Source: Gammaproteobacteria bacterium (GTDB lineage: Bacteria > Pseudomonadota > Gammaproteobacteria > UBA4575). Taken from it: 64,000 bases of DNA. Under the pieces are notes generated by a model. The model had not been told where the DNA came from. It made no database searches and worked only from the letters and a program-made list of their open reading frames with translations. Shown in pieces: positions 9,749-18,434 of the stretch. Every line of letters begins with the position of its first letter. The first letter of the stretch is position 1. The stretch is taken from contig CBDCTA010000028.1 in the NCBI GenBank assembly GCA_965221955.1, forward strand, positions 118,700 through 182,699. The letters are read 5' to 3'. The position numbers were made by a program, and so were the translations under genes.

Positions 9749-9870
9749 ATTACATCGAGATTTTGATTTAGTATGAAGCGCAGTGCTTTCGAGAAGCAGA
9801 GTTTACATTTAAATAAATGAGCATCGCTGAAAGTACTGCAACGAAGTAATAGATCAAAAGATCACGTAAT
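9749..9870. repeat. Palindromic intergenic element (RPE/MITE-like), copy 2
   Basis: Nested IRs ATTAC/GTAAT, TTTTGATTTA/TAGATCAAAA and GCAGTGCTTTC/GAAAGTACTGC; core GAGTTTAC-N7-TAAATGAGCA...AACGAAGTA. Confidence 0.7.
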
Positions 9871-10160
9871 TAGGGAGAACCGAAGATACAACCAGAGTTA
9901 GTCACTACAATCGGAAAATCTCTAATGTCACGCATTACTTGCGCCACATTGTAACTTGTTAATAGTTCTCTGATCTCGTCTACTTCAACCTCAAGCAGAC
10001 ACTCATCCATTACGCGTAATGTATACGTTGTCTCATTTTCGACAACATAAAAATTTAGGCTTTCATTTTTCTCATGCTCCCATTCTTCTACGTTAGCACT
10101 AGGAAAATGTTCAGAAATATATTCCAGAACAGGTTTTGCAAAATCATTTCGATTCAGCAT
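9870..10160 (-). CDS. Hypothetical protein (96 aa, acidic), last gene of the mto accessory operon
   Basis: Starts 4 bp after the stop of the upstream TlpA-like gene; no recognised motif. Confidence 0.65.
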   Translation of the reverse strand: MLNRNDFAKPVLEYISEHFPSANVEEWEHEKNESLNFYVVENETTYTLRVMDECLLEVEVDEIRELLTSYNVAQVMRDIRDFPIVVTNSGCIFGSP

Positions 10161-10164
10161 GCAA

Positions 10165-10806
10165 TTAGTTTGGTATTAGGTTTGTCGTATCACACTGATC
10201 ATTCGACCAACCAAAAGTTTTCTCCATGAAGTTAGCAAAAAATGACTTCTTTTTAGCAACGGGAGCTTCTTCTACTGATTCACCATTCTCTGCCATGCGT
10301 TCATATTTAGCCACCATACTGCGCAAAAAAGAAATCATATCAGGCGAATCCCACTCTCTTTCACCCACTGCCTTATAAACAATATTACCTTCTGGATTAA
10401 TTAAGAACGTGGTCGGAAGCCCTTGCACACCCCAATTTGCCAAACTCATATCTTTATCAATCAAAATGGTAAAAGATACGGGTACCGACTCTAAAAACTT
10501 TTTAACTCCTGCAAGACTTGGCCCCACATGAACACCAACCACCTCCAGACTTTCATCATTAAACGCATTATGCAAGTTACTCATGGCTGGCATTTCTTCA
10601 CGACATGGTGCACACCAAGTTGCCCAAAAATTTAGTAAAACAAATTTACTTTTATAATCATCCAAGCTCTTTTTACTGCCATCAATTCCTTCAAGATTAA
10701 AGCCACTAGCCTTAGGCGAACCACTAACTGGGTCCATTAACTTTCCAGCCCATACAGAGTTAACACCTATTGAAGCAAATATAAAAATAAACAATAGCCT
10801 ATTCAT
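10165..10806 (-). CDS. TlpA/ResA-like thiol-disulfide oxidoreductase
   Basis: LLNFWATWCAPCREEMP and GLPTTFLI (cis-Pro) motifs; signal peptide from ATG 10806 with an AGGA RBS. Confidence 0.88.
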   Translation of the reverse strand: MNRLLFIFIFASIGVNSVWAGKLMDPVSGSPKASGFNLEGIDGSKKSLDDYKSKFVLLNFWATWCAPCREEMPAMSNLHNAFNDESLEVVGVHVGPSLAGVKKFLESVPVSFTILIDKDMSLANWGVQGLPTTFLINPEGNIVYKAVGEREWDSPDMISFLRSMVAKYERMAENGESVEEAPVAKKKSFFANFMEKTFGWSNDQCDTTNLIPN

Positions 10807-10883
10807 TAGTTTCCTAATCTTTAAGTTTGTAAAATCCATAGTACTGCTTAGATAGCTGCTCTACCAATAAGTTCTTCCGTTGA

Positions 10884-11402
10884 TTAACTTTGCACTGAAA
10901 GCCCTTGCTCTTCATCACTTTCTAAGATGCTTTGTATAAAATCGATCATGAATGGCGAATTCCATACCCTCGTACCTACTGCTCTATAACGTATATTTCC
11001 TTGCGGACCAACGATAAATGTTGTCGGTAAAATTGGAATACCCCATTCTCCCAGCTGCAAGTCTATATCAAACAATACTGTGTAAGTGACTTTATTCAGC
11101 TCTAACACCTCCTCAACCCCGTCATAGTTGTCTCCAGCATGGATTGAGATCACTGCAAGTTTTTCACTATCTAGTAATTCATAGGCGCTTTGCAAAGTAG
11201 TCATTTCGCTTTTACAGACATTGCATGACATGGCCCAAAAATTTACCAGGACATATTTACCGCGAAAATCAGCAAAATCATGCTTATCACCTTGCAAATC
11301 AAATAAAGAAAAATTCTTTGCTATTACATTCGGTGGGTAAGAATCCAGTAGACGCCCTTCTTCAGCATATAATGGTAGCAAGATCAAAAAGCTTACGAGC
11401 AC
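10884..11402 (-). CDS. TlpA-like redoxin (CxxC = CNVC)
   Basis: LVNFWAMSCNVCKSEM and ILPTTFIV. An in-frame ATG at 11456 is separated from this ORF by a TAA at 11421-11423. Confidence 0.82.
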   Translation of the reverse strand: MLVSFLILLPLYAEEGRLLDSYPPNVIAKNFSLFDLQGDKHDFADFRGKYVLVNFWAMSCNVCKSEMTTLQSAYELLDSEKLAVISIHAGDNYDGVEEVLELNKVTYTVLFDIDLQLGEWGIPILPTTFIVGPQGNIRYRAVGTRVWNSPFMIDFIQSILESDEEQGLSVQS

Positions 11403-11441
11403 AACAAGAAAAAAGATAATTTAGACAAAACTAAATTTCTC

Positions 11442-11560
11442 AGATTTTATTCTCATGCGCTCTGGGACTCTTGGACAAACATATTTACTTGATTTTATTT
11501 CGTGTGCCCTGGGTTACTGGTTAACCAAACAATTATTTAATCTTATTCTCATGCGCCCAA
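11442..11560 (-). repeat. Three degenerate copies of the mauG-like gene's 3' end (encoding AHENKIK-stop)
   Basis: Minus strand reads GCGCATGAGAATAAGATTAAATAA, GCACACGAAATAAAATCAAGTAA and GCGCATGAGAATAAAATCTGA at roughly 45-50 nt spacing. Confidence 0.7.
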
Positions 11561-12891
11561 TTCGGATCATCTGCACTGATATCACCAATTGGTGCAGCAA
11601 AAGCATCTGCCACGATGGTAGCTACATTACTACCCGTTAGCGATTCAAGAAATGCAACGACATTATCCATTTCTTCGTCAGTTAAGCCTAGCGGTTTAAT
11701 CAAAGGACTCAGCACTTCATTAGGTACTCCGCCTTGATTATAAAACTCCATGACTTCACGCAATGTTTGCATAGAGCCATCGTGCATATATGGAGCAGTT
11801 AAAGCAACGTTTCTGAGTGTGGGAGTACGAAACTTCCAGCGATCATTTGGATTTTCTGTGACTTCATAACGACCCAAATCATTTTCTTTAGGTCTGGACA
11901 CTCTCTTAATAACTTCATTATCTAATTCAGTGAACACTCCTGGGGCCAATTGCACACGCGTAGTTTTAGAGATAGACCCCATCGATGCTTGATAACCGAG
12001 ACCAGTATTATGTAACTGGTCATCCGCAAATAAAGCATAATCTTCATGCACCAAGTGACAAGCAGTGCAATTTCCTTTACCACTAAAAGTTTCAAATCCG
12101 CGTTTCACTTGCTCGCTTACTGCATCTTCCTGCTTGCCAAAATACCAACGATCAAATGGAGAATCTGCAGAATTTAAGGTGCGCTGATAATTAGCAAGTG
12201 CCATGCCTATCGTTTCCATTGTAGGCCCCCGTCCATTAAAAGCTTTTTCAAACAAACCATCATACTCAGGAATCGCTTTGATTTTATTAATCACATAGCC
12301 AATAGATGGATTTGCCATTTCATTACGTGCCAAAAAAGGTGCCCAAACTTGCTGCTCTAAAGTAGATTCTCTTCCATCGTGAAATATCTTACCTAGATAA
12401 GCAACGTTATAAATCATGGGTGAGTTTCGCTTACCTGACCGCCCTTCTACACCTACTGCAGTTTGAATTTCATTATTAGTAAAACCTTGTTCAGGGATAT
12501 GGCATATCGCACAAGAAAAAGTATCATTAATTGACAAGCGCCGATCAAAAAATAATTTCCTACCAAGGGATACTTTTTCTTTTGTGACAGGGTTACTTTC
12601 TGGCACTGGAACCGCGGGCAACCCCAATGGTGGATTATTAACAAAAACCAGTAGATCCGTTTCTATACCAATACGTTTTTGCAAATCTAAAGCATTTGTC
12701 TTGTAATCAATTGAGTCATAACCTTGTTTATTATCTCCCGGACCAAATATATGTTTATTACTTATCTCCTCAGACTCAACTTCCTGTTGAGCAGAGCTAT
12801 GCAAATTATTAGACAAAAGTAATAAAGCCAAAATACCAAACAAGATTATAGTATTTATAAAATAAATTTTTTTTTGTTCAAATAGCTTCAT
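11533..12891 (-). CDS. MauG-like di-heme cytochrome c peroxidase (putative TTQ biosynthesis for methanethiol oxidase)
   Basis: CAICH and CTACH heme motifs, LGRKLFFDRRLS, KFRTPTLRNVALTAPYMHDGS; mtoX-sco-mauG order. Confidence 0.88.
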   Translation of the reverse strand: MKLFEQKKIYFINTIILFGILALLLLSNNLHSSAQQEVESEEISNKHIFGPGDNKQGYDSIDYKTNALDLQKRIGIETDLLVFVNNPPLGLPAVPVPESNPVTKEKVSLGRKLFFDRRLSINDTFSCAICHIPEQGFTNNEIQTAVGVEGRSGKRNSPMIYNVAYLGKIFHDGRESTLEQQVWAPFLARNEMANPSIGYVINKIKAIPEYDGLFEKAFNGRGPTMETIGMALANYQRTLNSADSPFDRWYFGKQEDAVSEQVKRGFETFSGKGNCTACHLVHEDYALFADDQLHNTGLGYQASMGSISKTTRVQLAPGVFTELDNEVIKRVSRPKENDLGRYEVTENPNDRWKFRTPTLRNVALTAPYMHDGSMQTLREVMEFYNQGGVPNEVLSPLIKPLGLTDEEMDNVVAFLESLTGSNVATIVADAFAAPIGDISADDPNWAHENKIK

Positions 12892-13637
12892 TGTTTAATT
12901 GCATCAATTGTTAAAATTCCATCTTCAATTAGGAGCGTTTTTATATCCGCGCTAACAAGCTGATCATGCAAAAAAGATACACTGTATTCTTGCCTAATAT
13001 TCTTATTTCTATCGATTAAGAATGCGCGTAATACATGTGCCATTGCACCTGTATACTCACCATTTTCGTCATACTGCTTAATTACCATTTGCCCAAATTC
13101 ATTGGCAATCGGTAATAACGCTTCTTCGGAAGCTGTAGTAAGAAAATGCCATTCAGGTTGTCCACCTTCAAAACCAGCTCCATATAACTTCATCACTTCA
13201 GGGGTATCACGCTCAGGATCAAAACTTACACTTACTAAACGAATTTTATCTGCTAGTTTTGGATACTGTTTAAATCTATCTTTAATCTTATAAAAGACTG
13301 CTGTTGCCAAAGGACAACCATTAAGGTCAGTACAGCTGCTATATATAAATGTAAGTAATACTATTTTATCTCCGTACAAACTACTTAAATCTATTTCTTT
13401 GCCTTCAACGTCTAAAACGATTCCTCCAGCAGCCTGATTAATTTTTGATAAAGAATAACTTCCAGGCTGTGGCACCTCATACGGTAGCTCGGTCACCCAT
13501 CCATCGGCAATTATTCTAACCTCACTTGCTACAACATCTGCATGTGATCCAGGCAAAGGCGCATCATTGTCAATTCCCTGTTCACATGAAATTAATAACA
13601 AAGTTAATGCTAATAGTATTAGTCGTGTAATCTTCAT
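12888..13637 (-). CDS. SCO1/SenC copper chaperone, lipoprotein (mto-associated)
   Basis: Lipobox LISC, YSSCTDLNGCP Cys pair, SFDPERDTPE and AHVLR His; ATGA overlap with the mauG-like gene. Confidence 0.88.
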   Translation of the reverse strand: MKITRLILLALTLLLISCEQGIDNDAPLPGSHADVVASEVRIIADGWVTELPYEVPQPGSYSLSKINQAAGGIVLDVEGKEIDLSSLYGDKIVLLTFIYSSCTDLNGCPLATAVFYKIKDRFKQYPKLADKIRLVSVSFDPERDTPEVMKLYGAGFEGGQPEWHFLTTASEEALLPIANEFGQMVIKQYDENGEYTGAMAHVLRAFLIDRNKNIRQEYSVSFLHDQLVSADIKTLLIEDGILTIDAIKQ

Positions 13638-13667
13638 CTATGAAAATTTTTGTAGTACTGTTTTCAG

Positions 13668-13702
13668 AAAAAACAAGGCCGCCTCTATGGGCGGCCTTGT
13701 TT
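13668..13702 (-). terminator. Intrinsic terminator after mtoX copy 1
   Basis: AAACAAGGCCGCC-TCTATG-GGCGGCCTTGTTT hairpin with a U tract on the minus strand. Confidence 0.85.
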
Positions 13703-13746
13703 AAGTAACTTAAATTGCCGTTACATTGAAGTAACCGCTCCTATCC

Positions 13747-15126
13747 TTACTTTACATAAGACATCATTTTACCGCTAGAGTTCGGCTTTTGCGAGTAAAG
13801 TGAATATGCCCCAAACCGCATTTGATGCGCACGACCCAGCTTTAATTCGTAAAAATCCACTTCAAACTCAAGGTTAAGTTTTTTACCATCCCAAGTAAAC
13901 AATTTTAAAAATTGCTCATTATCCTCACCCGTCTTATCCCAGTTACTTAACAAAGAAGTTGTATAGTAGTTTCTCTTACCATCCCAACTTTGTGAAACCA
14001 TGTTCACTTGCCTACCAATCTGAGTCTCATAGGTTTGTTTAGGCGCAAAAGGGTCTGAGATATCAAAATAACGAGATGTGCCATCCATAAAGGTTTGTAC
14101 CCAAAGGCCTTGATCATCCGCAGTAATTGAGATATCCACTGGTAAAGGTACCTTAGAAGGATCGCCAATATCGGCAACGTCTTTTGACTGCCATTCACCG
14201 GACTCATCTTCATATATTAAATATAGTTTTGAAGTTAACGCAGTACTTGTAATACACCAATTATTTTCAGAACGCCAAGCACAGCGAATTTCTAGTGGTG
14301 CACCTGGCACATCCAGAACTTTCTTAGGCTTACGAGTGTGCAAATCCCAAACCACAACGGTGTTACCAAAGCGTTTCATCGCTTCTGGATCGGCCAACAT
14401 TTGACCAAAATCCATCATGTAGTTGGACCAACCAGTGAACGACGTTGTAACCATTATGTTACGTCGTGGTAATGCTCGAATGTCATAACCATAGCCATCC
14501 GCATATTTACCACCTTTCTTAGCACCGCGAAGATCTTCATCGGTAGGATTCCAGTAGGCAGCAATAAAGTCACCTTTGTTGGTATATTCAGCAAGCCCGG
14601 TACGACCGCCATGGTCTACATTGTTCGATAATCCATTAATGATCATGCGACCCGGCAGTGCATATAGTGTATGTGGCCCTACCATGCCACCTGTCTTCTC
14701 AACAAAATCTGTGATCACTTTGTAAAGCTTAGGCTTACCTGGGTCAGTGTGAACATCAAAAATAAAAATTTTACTACTGTCCAAACTACCCGCAAAAAGG
14801 TATTTACGATCATCCGTTAAACCAGAGTGATGCGCTTCATTACGACCACCTACAGATAAAACGTTTACAACTTTTCCATATGTATCTGCATTTGGGTTAA
14901 CAGAAACTGTAACAAGCTTATCTTGCTCATCACCCATTCCTTCAACACCTAATGTCCATACATATACATAGTCCTCTTGCCCTACAATTTTTGCCATGTA
15001 AGGGGACATGCATGTCTCATCTGCCATTGCGGTAGATTGGAAACCAATTACAGAGGCAAACAGTACACACGTGAATGTGATGATGCTCTGCATCCATTTG
15101 GTTTTTGATACTGCCTTTCTCTTCAT
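13747..15126 (-). CDS. mtoX: Methanethiol oxidase (SBP56/SELENBP1 family), copy 1, intact
   Basis: Signal peptide ending AMA-DETCMSPYM; GGRNEAHHSG, GPHTLYALPGR, SFTGWSNYM and SLLSNWDK (the two Trp expected for TTQ); GRAHQMRFG. Confidence 0.95.
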   Translation of the reverse strand: MKRKAVSKTKWMQSIITFTCVLFASVIGFQSTAMADETCMSPYMAKIVGQEDYVYVWTLGVEGMGDEQDKLVTVSVNPNADTYGKVVNVLSVGGRNEAHHSGLTDDRKYLFAGSLDSSKIFIFDVHTDPGKPKLYKVITDFVEKTGGMVGPHTLYALPGRMIINGLSNNVDHGGRTGLAEYTNKGDFIAAYWNPTDEDLRGAKKGGKYADGYGYDIRALPRRNIMVTTSFTGWSNYMMDFGQMLADPEAMKRFGNTVVVWDLHTRKPKKVLDVPGAPLEIRCAWRSENNWCITSTALTSKLYLIYEDESGEWQSKDVADIGDPSKVPLPVDISITADDQGLWVQTFMDGTSRYFDISDPFAPKQTYETQIGRQVNMVSQSWDGKRNYYTTSLLSNWDKTGEDNEQFLKLFTWDGKKLNLEFEVDFYELKLGRAHQMRFGAYSLYSQKPNSSGKMMSYVK

Positions 15127-15194
15127 GTTTTTACGACTCCATATCTTAATAGATTGTGATAAACCTAAGAGCGTACTCCCCCCAGTTACTGAAT

Positions 15195-15214
15195 TAACTG
15201 ACCAGTATCAGTTA
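15195..15214. promoter_or_regulatory. Palindromic operator candidate upstream of mtoX copy 1
   Basis: TAACTGA-CCAGTA-TCAGTTA, a perfect 7-6-7 inverted repeat about 70 bp upstream of the ATG. Confidence 0.6.
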
Positions 15215-15320
15215 GAAAACAATTATGACTTTGCTATAACTAATTACCTAACTTGGCGTTAATCACGATTTATAAAGTCATTGAATATTTTTTTAATTGT
15301 CTTTTATCTTTCATATCCAC

Positions 15321-15347
15321 AAAAAAGGCCGCCTAAAGGCGGCCTTT
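15321..15347 (-). terminator. Intrinsic terminator after mtoX copy 2
   Basis: AAAGGCCGCC-TAAA-GGCGGCCTTT hairpin with an A6 run (U tract on the minus strand); same stem as the copy 1 terminator. Confidence 0.85.
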
Positions 15348-15395
15348 ATTTTGTAATGCAATCTGTTAGTTACATTATTAAAATCGTACTTTTAT

Positions 15396-16778
15396 TTACT
15401 TTACTTGAGTCAACATTGTGTCGCCAGAACTTGGCTTTTGTGAGTAAAGTGAATATGCACCGAATCGCATTTGATGCGCACGACCTAATTTTAACTCATA
15501 GAAATCTACTGTGAACTCATGAGACAACTTCTTACCATTCCATGTGAAAAGCTTGAAGTATTGCTCGTCCGCTTCACCCGTCTTATCCCAGTTACCAAGT
15601 AGAGACGAGGTAAAGTAGGCGCGCTTACCGTCCCAACTTTGTGAAATCATGTTTACTTGGGAACCAATTTCATGCTCATAAGTTTGTTTTGGAGCATGTG
15701 GGTCAGAGATATCAAAGAAACGAGTTTTGCCATCCATAAAGGTTTGAACCCACAAACCTTGATCGTCTGCTGTGATAGAAATATCAACAGGAAGTGGCAC
15801 TTTAGAAGGATCACCAATGTCACCAACATCGGCAGCCTGCCATTCACCCGCATCATCTTCATAAATTAACCAAATTTTTGAAGTTAATGCAGTAGTAGTG
15901 AAGCAAGTAATTATTATTTGAACCCCATGCGCAACGAATTTCTAGTGGCGCACCCGGAACATCAAATACTTTCTTAGGCTTACGTGTATGTAAATCCCAA
16001 ACCACAACGGTGTTACCAAAAGCGTTTCATCGCTTCTGGATCTGCCAAGCATTTGACCAAAGTCCATCATGTAGTTGGACCAACCAGTGAATGAAGAAGT
16101 AATCATTACATTGCGACGTGGTAATGCTCGAATGTCATATCCATAACCATCCGCAAAATTTCCGTCTTTTTCTGCACCACGAAGATCTTCATCGGTAGGA
16201 TTCCAATGAGCAGCTACGAAATCACCTTCGTTGGTGTACTCAGCAAGACCTGTACGACCACCGTGGTCAACATTGTTTGATAAAGCACTTACCATGATAC
16301 GACCTGGTAATGCATACATTGTATGAGGACCTACCATACCACCTGTTTTTTCAACAAAGTCCGTAATCACTTTGTGTAACTTAGGCTTAGCTGGGTTTGA
16401 ATAAACGTCAAAAATGAAGATTTTGTTGCTATCCAAGCCACCCGCAAAAAGATATTTACGATCATCCGTTAAACCAGAGTGATGCGCTTCATTACGACCA
16501 CCTACAGATAAAACGTTTACAACTTTTCCATATGTATCTGCTTCAGGGTTAACAGAAATAGTAACGAGCTTATCCTGTGCATCGCCCATCCCTTCAACAC
16601 CTAATGTCCAAACATATACGTAGTCTTCCTGTCCTACAATTTTCGCCATGTAAGGAGACATGCAAGTCTCATCTGCCATTGCGGTAGATTGAAAACCAAT
16701 TACGGAAACAAACAAAACACATGTAAATGTGACGATGCTCTGCATCCATTTGGCTTTTGATACTGCCTTTTTCTTCAT
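15396..16778 (-). CDS. mtoX: Methanethiol oxidase copy 2, split by three single-base insertions (probably sequencing errors)
   Basis: ORFs 15942-16778 and 15396-15800 are the two halves. Extra bases near 16049, 16021 and 15906 relative to copy 1; removing them gives 1380 nt, the same length as copy 1. Confidence 0.9.
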
Positions 16779-16874
16779 TACTTATAACTCCATATTTATA
16801 GATTTGATTTGATCAGATAAGTTATCTAGAAAATCTTCAAACTCGAACCATACTAGCCGTCCGACTCATTTTTT

Positions 16875-16894
16875 AAAATGATTCAAGTCAGTTA
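16875..16894. promoter_or_regulatory. Degenerate copy of the mtoX operator upstream of copy 2
   Basis: AAAATGA-TTCAAG-TCAGTTA, followed like copy 1 by GAAA-N7-TGAC. Confidence 0.5.
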
Positions 16895-17166
16895 GAAATT
16901 AGTCGTGACATTATGCCGCATCTAGTAATCCAATCAAAGATATATCATTCTTCCTCAAATTGCAGAAAAAACAATATGCTAGTCAGTTTATTAGACATAA
17001 ACTAAACGCATTCGATCACTTTACATCATGAATAATTTGATACGATCTACTAATTACATAAGTCATTGTAATTACTGAAGAAATAGAATGCACACATTCT
17101 AGTTTAGGGAACTGCTAGAGTTTAATCGGATCAAATTGGAAAAAGGTTAACTAATTACAAATTTTT

Positions 17167-17736
17167 ATGTTGAATGCAACTCGCTATCTAATACTATTTT
17201 CGATCATAGCCTTATTTCTATCGTACTCTTATGCCGATGAAACTAGTATTGGCGGGGATTTCGAACTCATTTCTCAACAGAACCAGCCTTATTCATCTCT
17301 GGATGCTCGAGGGAAAGTGGTGATGTTGTTTTTCGGTTTTACTCACTGCCCTGATGTATGCCCAAATACACTTGGGACTGTGCAAACAGTACTAGGACAA
17401 TTAGGTGATAACGCTATTCATGTTCAACCCATCTTCATTAGTGTCGACCCTCAACGTGACACCCCTGAAGTACTAAATAATTATTTAAAATATTTTGGTA
17501 ATAATTTCATAGGGTTAACAGGTGCATCTGAAAAAATAGATGAAGTTGTTGAACAGTTCCAAGCGTTCTATACATATGAAGGAAATACTGCAACTGGACA
17601 TTATACTGTCGACCACACGTCAAATTTGTACATTATTAACCCTACCGGCGAGGTCACAAACATTATTCCATACGGTTTACCTCCAGAGCCCATAACGAAT
17701 GCAATTGAAAAATTACTTGCTGAGATAAAAACTTAG
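17167..17736 (+). CDS. SCO1/SenC family copper chaperone, second copy, divergent from mtoX
   Basis: FFGFTHCPDVCP (CxxxC), ISVDPQRDTPE and YTVDHTS motifs. Confidence 0.92.
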   Translation: MLNATRYLILFSIIALFLSYSYADETSIGGDFELISQQNQPYSSLDARGKVVMLFFGFTHCPDVCPNTLGTVQTVLGQLGDNAIHVQPIFISVDPQRDTPEVLNNYLKYFGNNFIGLTGASEKIDEVVEQFQAFYTYEGNTATGHYTVDHTSNLYIINPTGEVTNIIPYGLPPEPITNAIEKLLAEIKT

Positions 17737-17779
17737 CAGTACTTATTCAAGTATTTTAAGAAGATATTCGAGCAACCCC

Positions 17780-18169
17780 TTAGTGCTGTATATAGGCAAA
17801 GCGCTGGTCTTTCGGCGTACCTTCTAAGTCTCCATCTTCTTCAGCTGGTTGCCACATCACTACTTCTTCAATTTTTGCAGCCAGCTCGAAATCCTTGTTG
17901 GTAACTCCCTTAGCAGCATGATTCATCAATTTGCATATCACAAAAGCATAAGAAACAGTTAAATCAGGATGGTGCCAGGCAACTTCAGCTAAATGCCCAA
18001 TCGTATTCACCACCATTAAGGTGCCTTTCCAACTATGAGTTTTATATTTGCGACGAATCCAGCCATTTTCATAAAACCATTCAGGTAATTCTTCGCTTAA
18101 GCGCTGGCTTATCTGTTCTTCGGTATAGGTTTGCTCGGGTTTAATTTCACGCCATTTTGACATATTCAA
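17780..18169 (-). CDS. Pterin-4a-carbinolamine dehydratase-like protein (typical of H4MPT gene clusters)
   Basis: IGHLAEVAWHHPDL and GVTNKDFELAAKIE motifs; divergent from fhcB. Confidence 0.85.
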   Translation of the reverse strand: MNMSKWREIKPEQTYTEEQISQRLSEELPEWFYENGWIRRKYKTHSWKGTLMVVNTIGHLAEVAWHHPDLTVSYAFVICKLMNHAAKGVTNKDFELAAKIEEVVMWQPAEEDGDLEGTPKDQRFAYIQH

Positions 18170-18434
18170 TGACTCCTTAGTTGTTATTTAAATTTATAAA
18201 ACTTATTGTATTTAACTGATTTTTATCAAAATTATGACCAAATCCCTCGAATTTGAGATACATACGATACACTCTCGATACAGTATATTTAATAATGAAT
18301 CTTTATAGCGTACGAGAGCCGTCACTTAGCAAGTACCTTCACTCTTGATTAGGTACTATAAGCCTTTCCACACAGCTCCTCTGAAATTCCACACATAAGA
18401 TAATTAAGAATAATTCAGATCGTTTTAATTAGTT

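Noticed and set aside
11442-11560. Mini CRISPR array
   Set aside because: The repeats are degenerate, derive from a coding 3' end, have short related spacers, and no cas genes are present.
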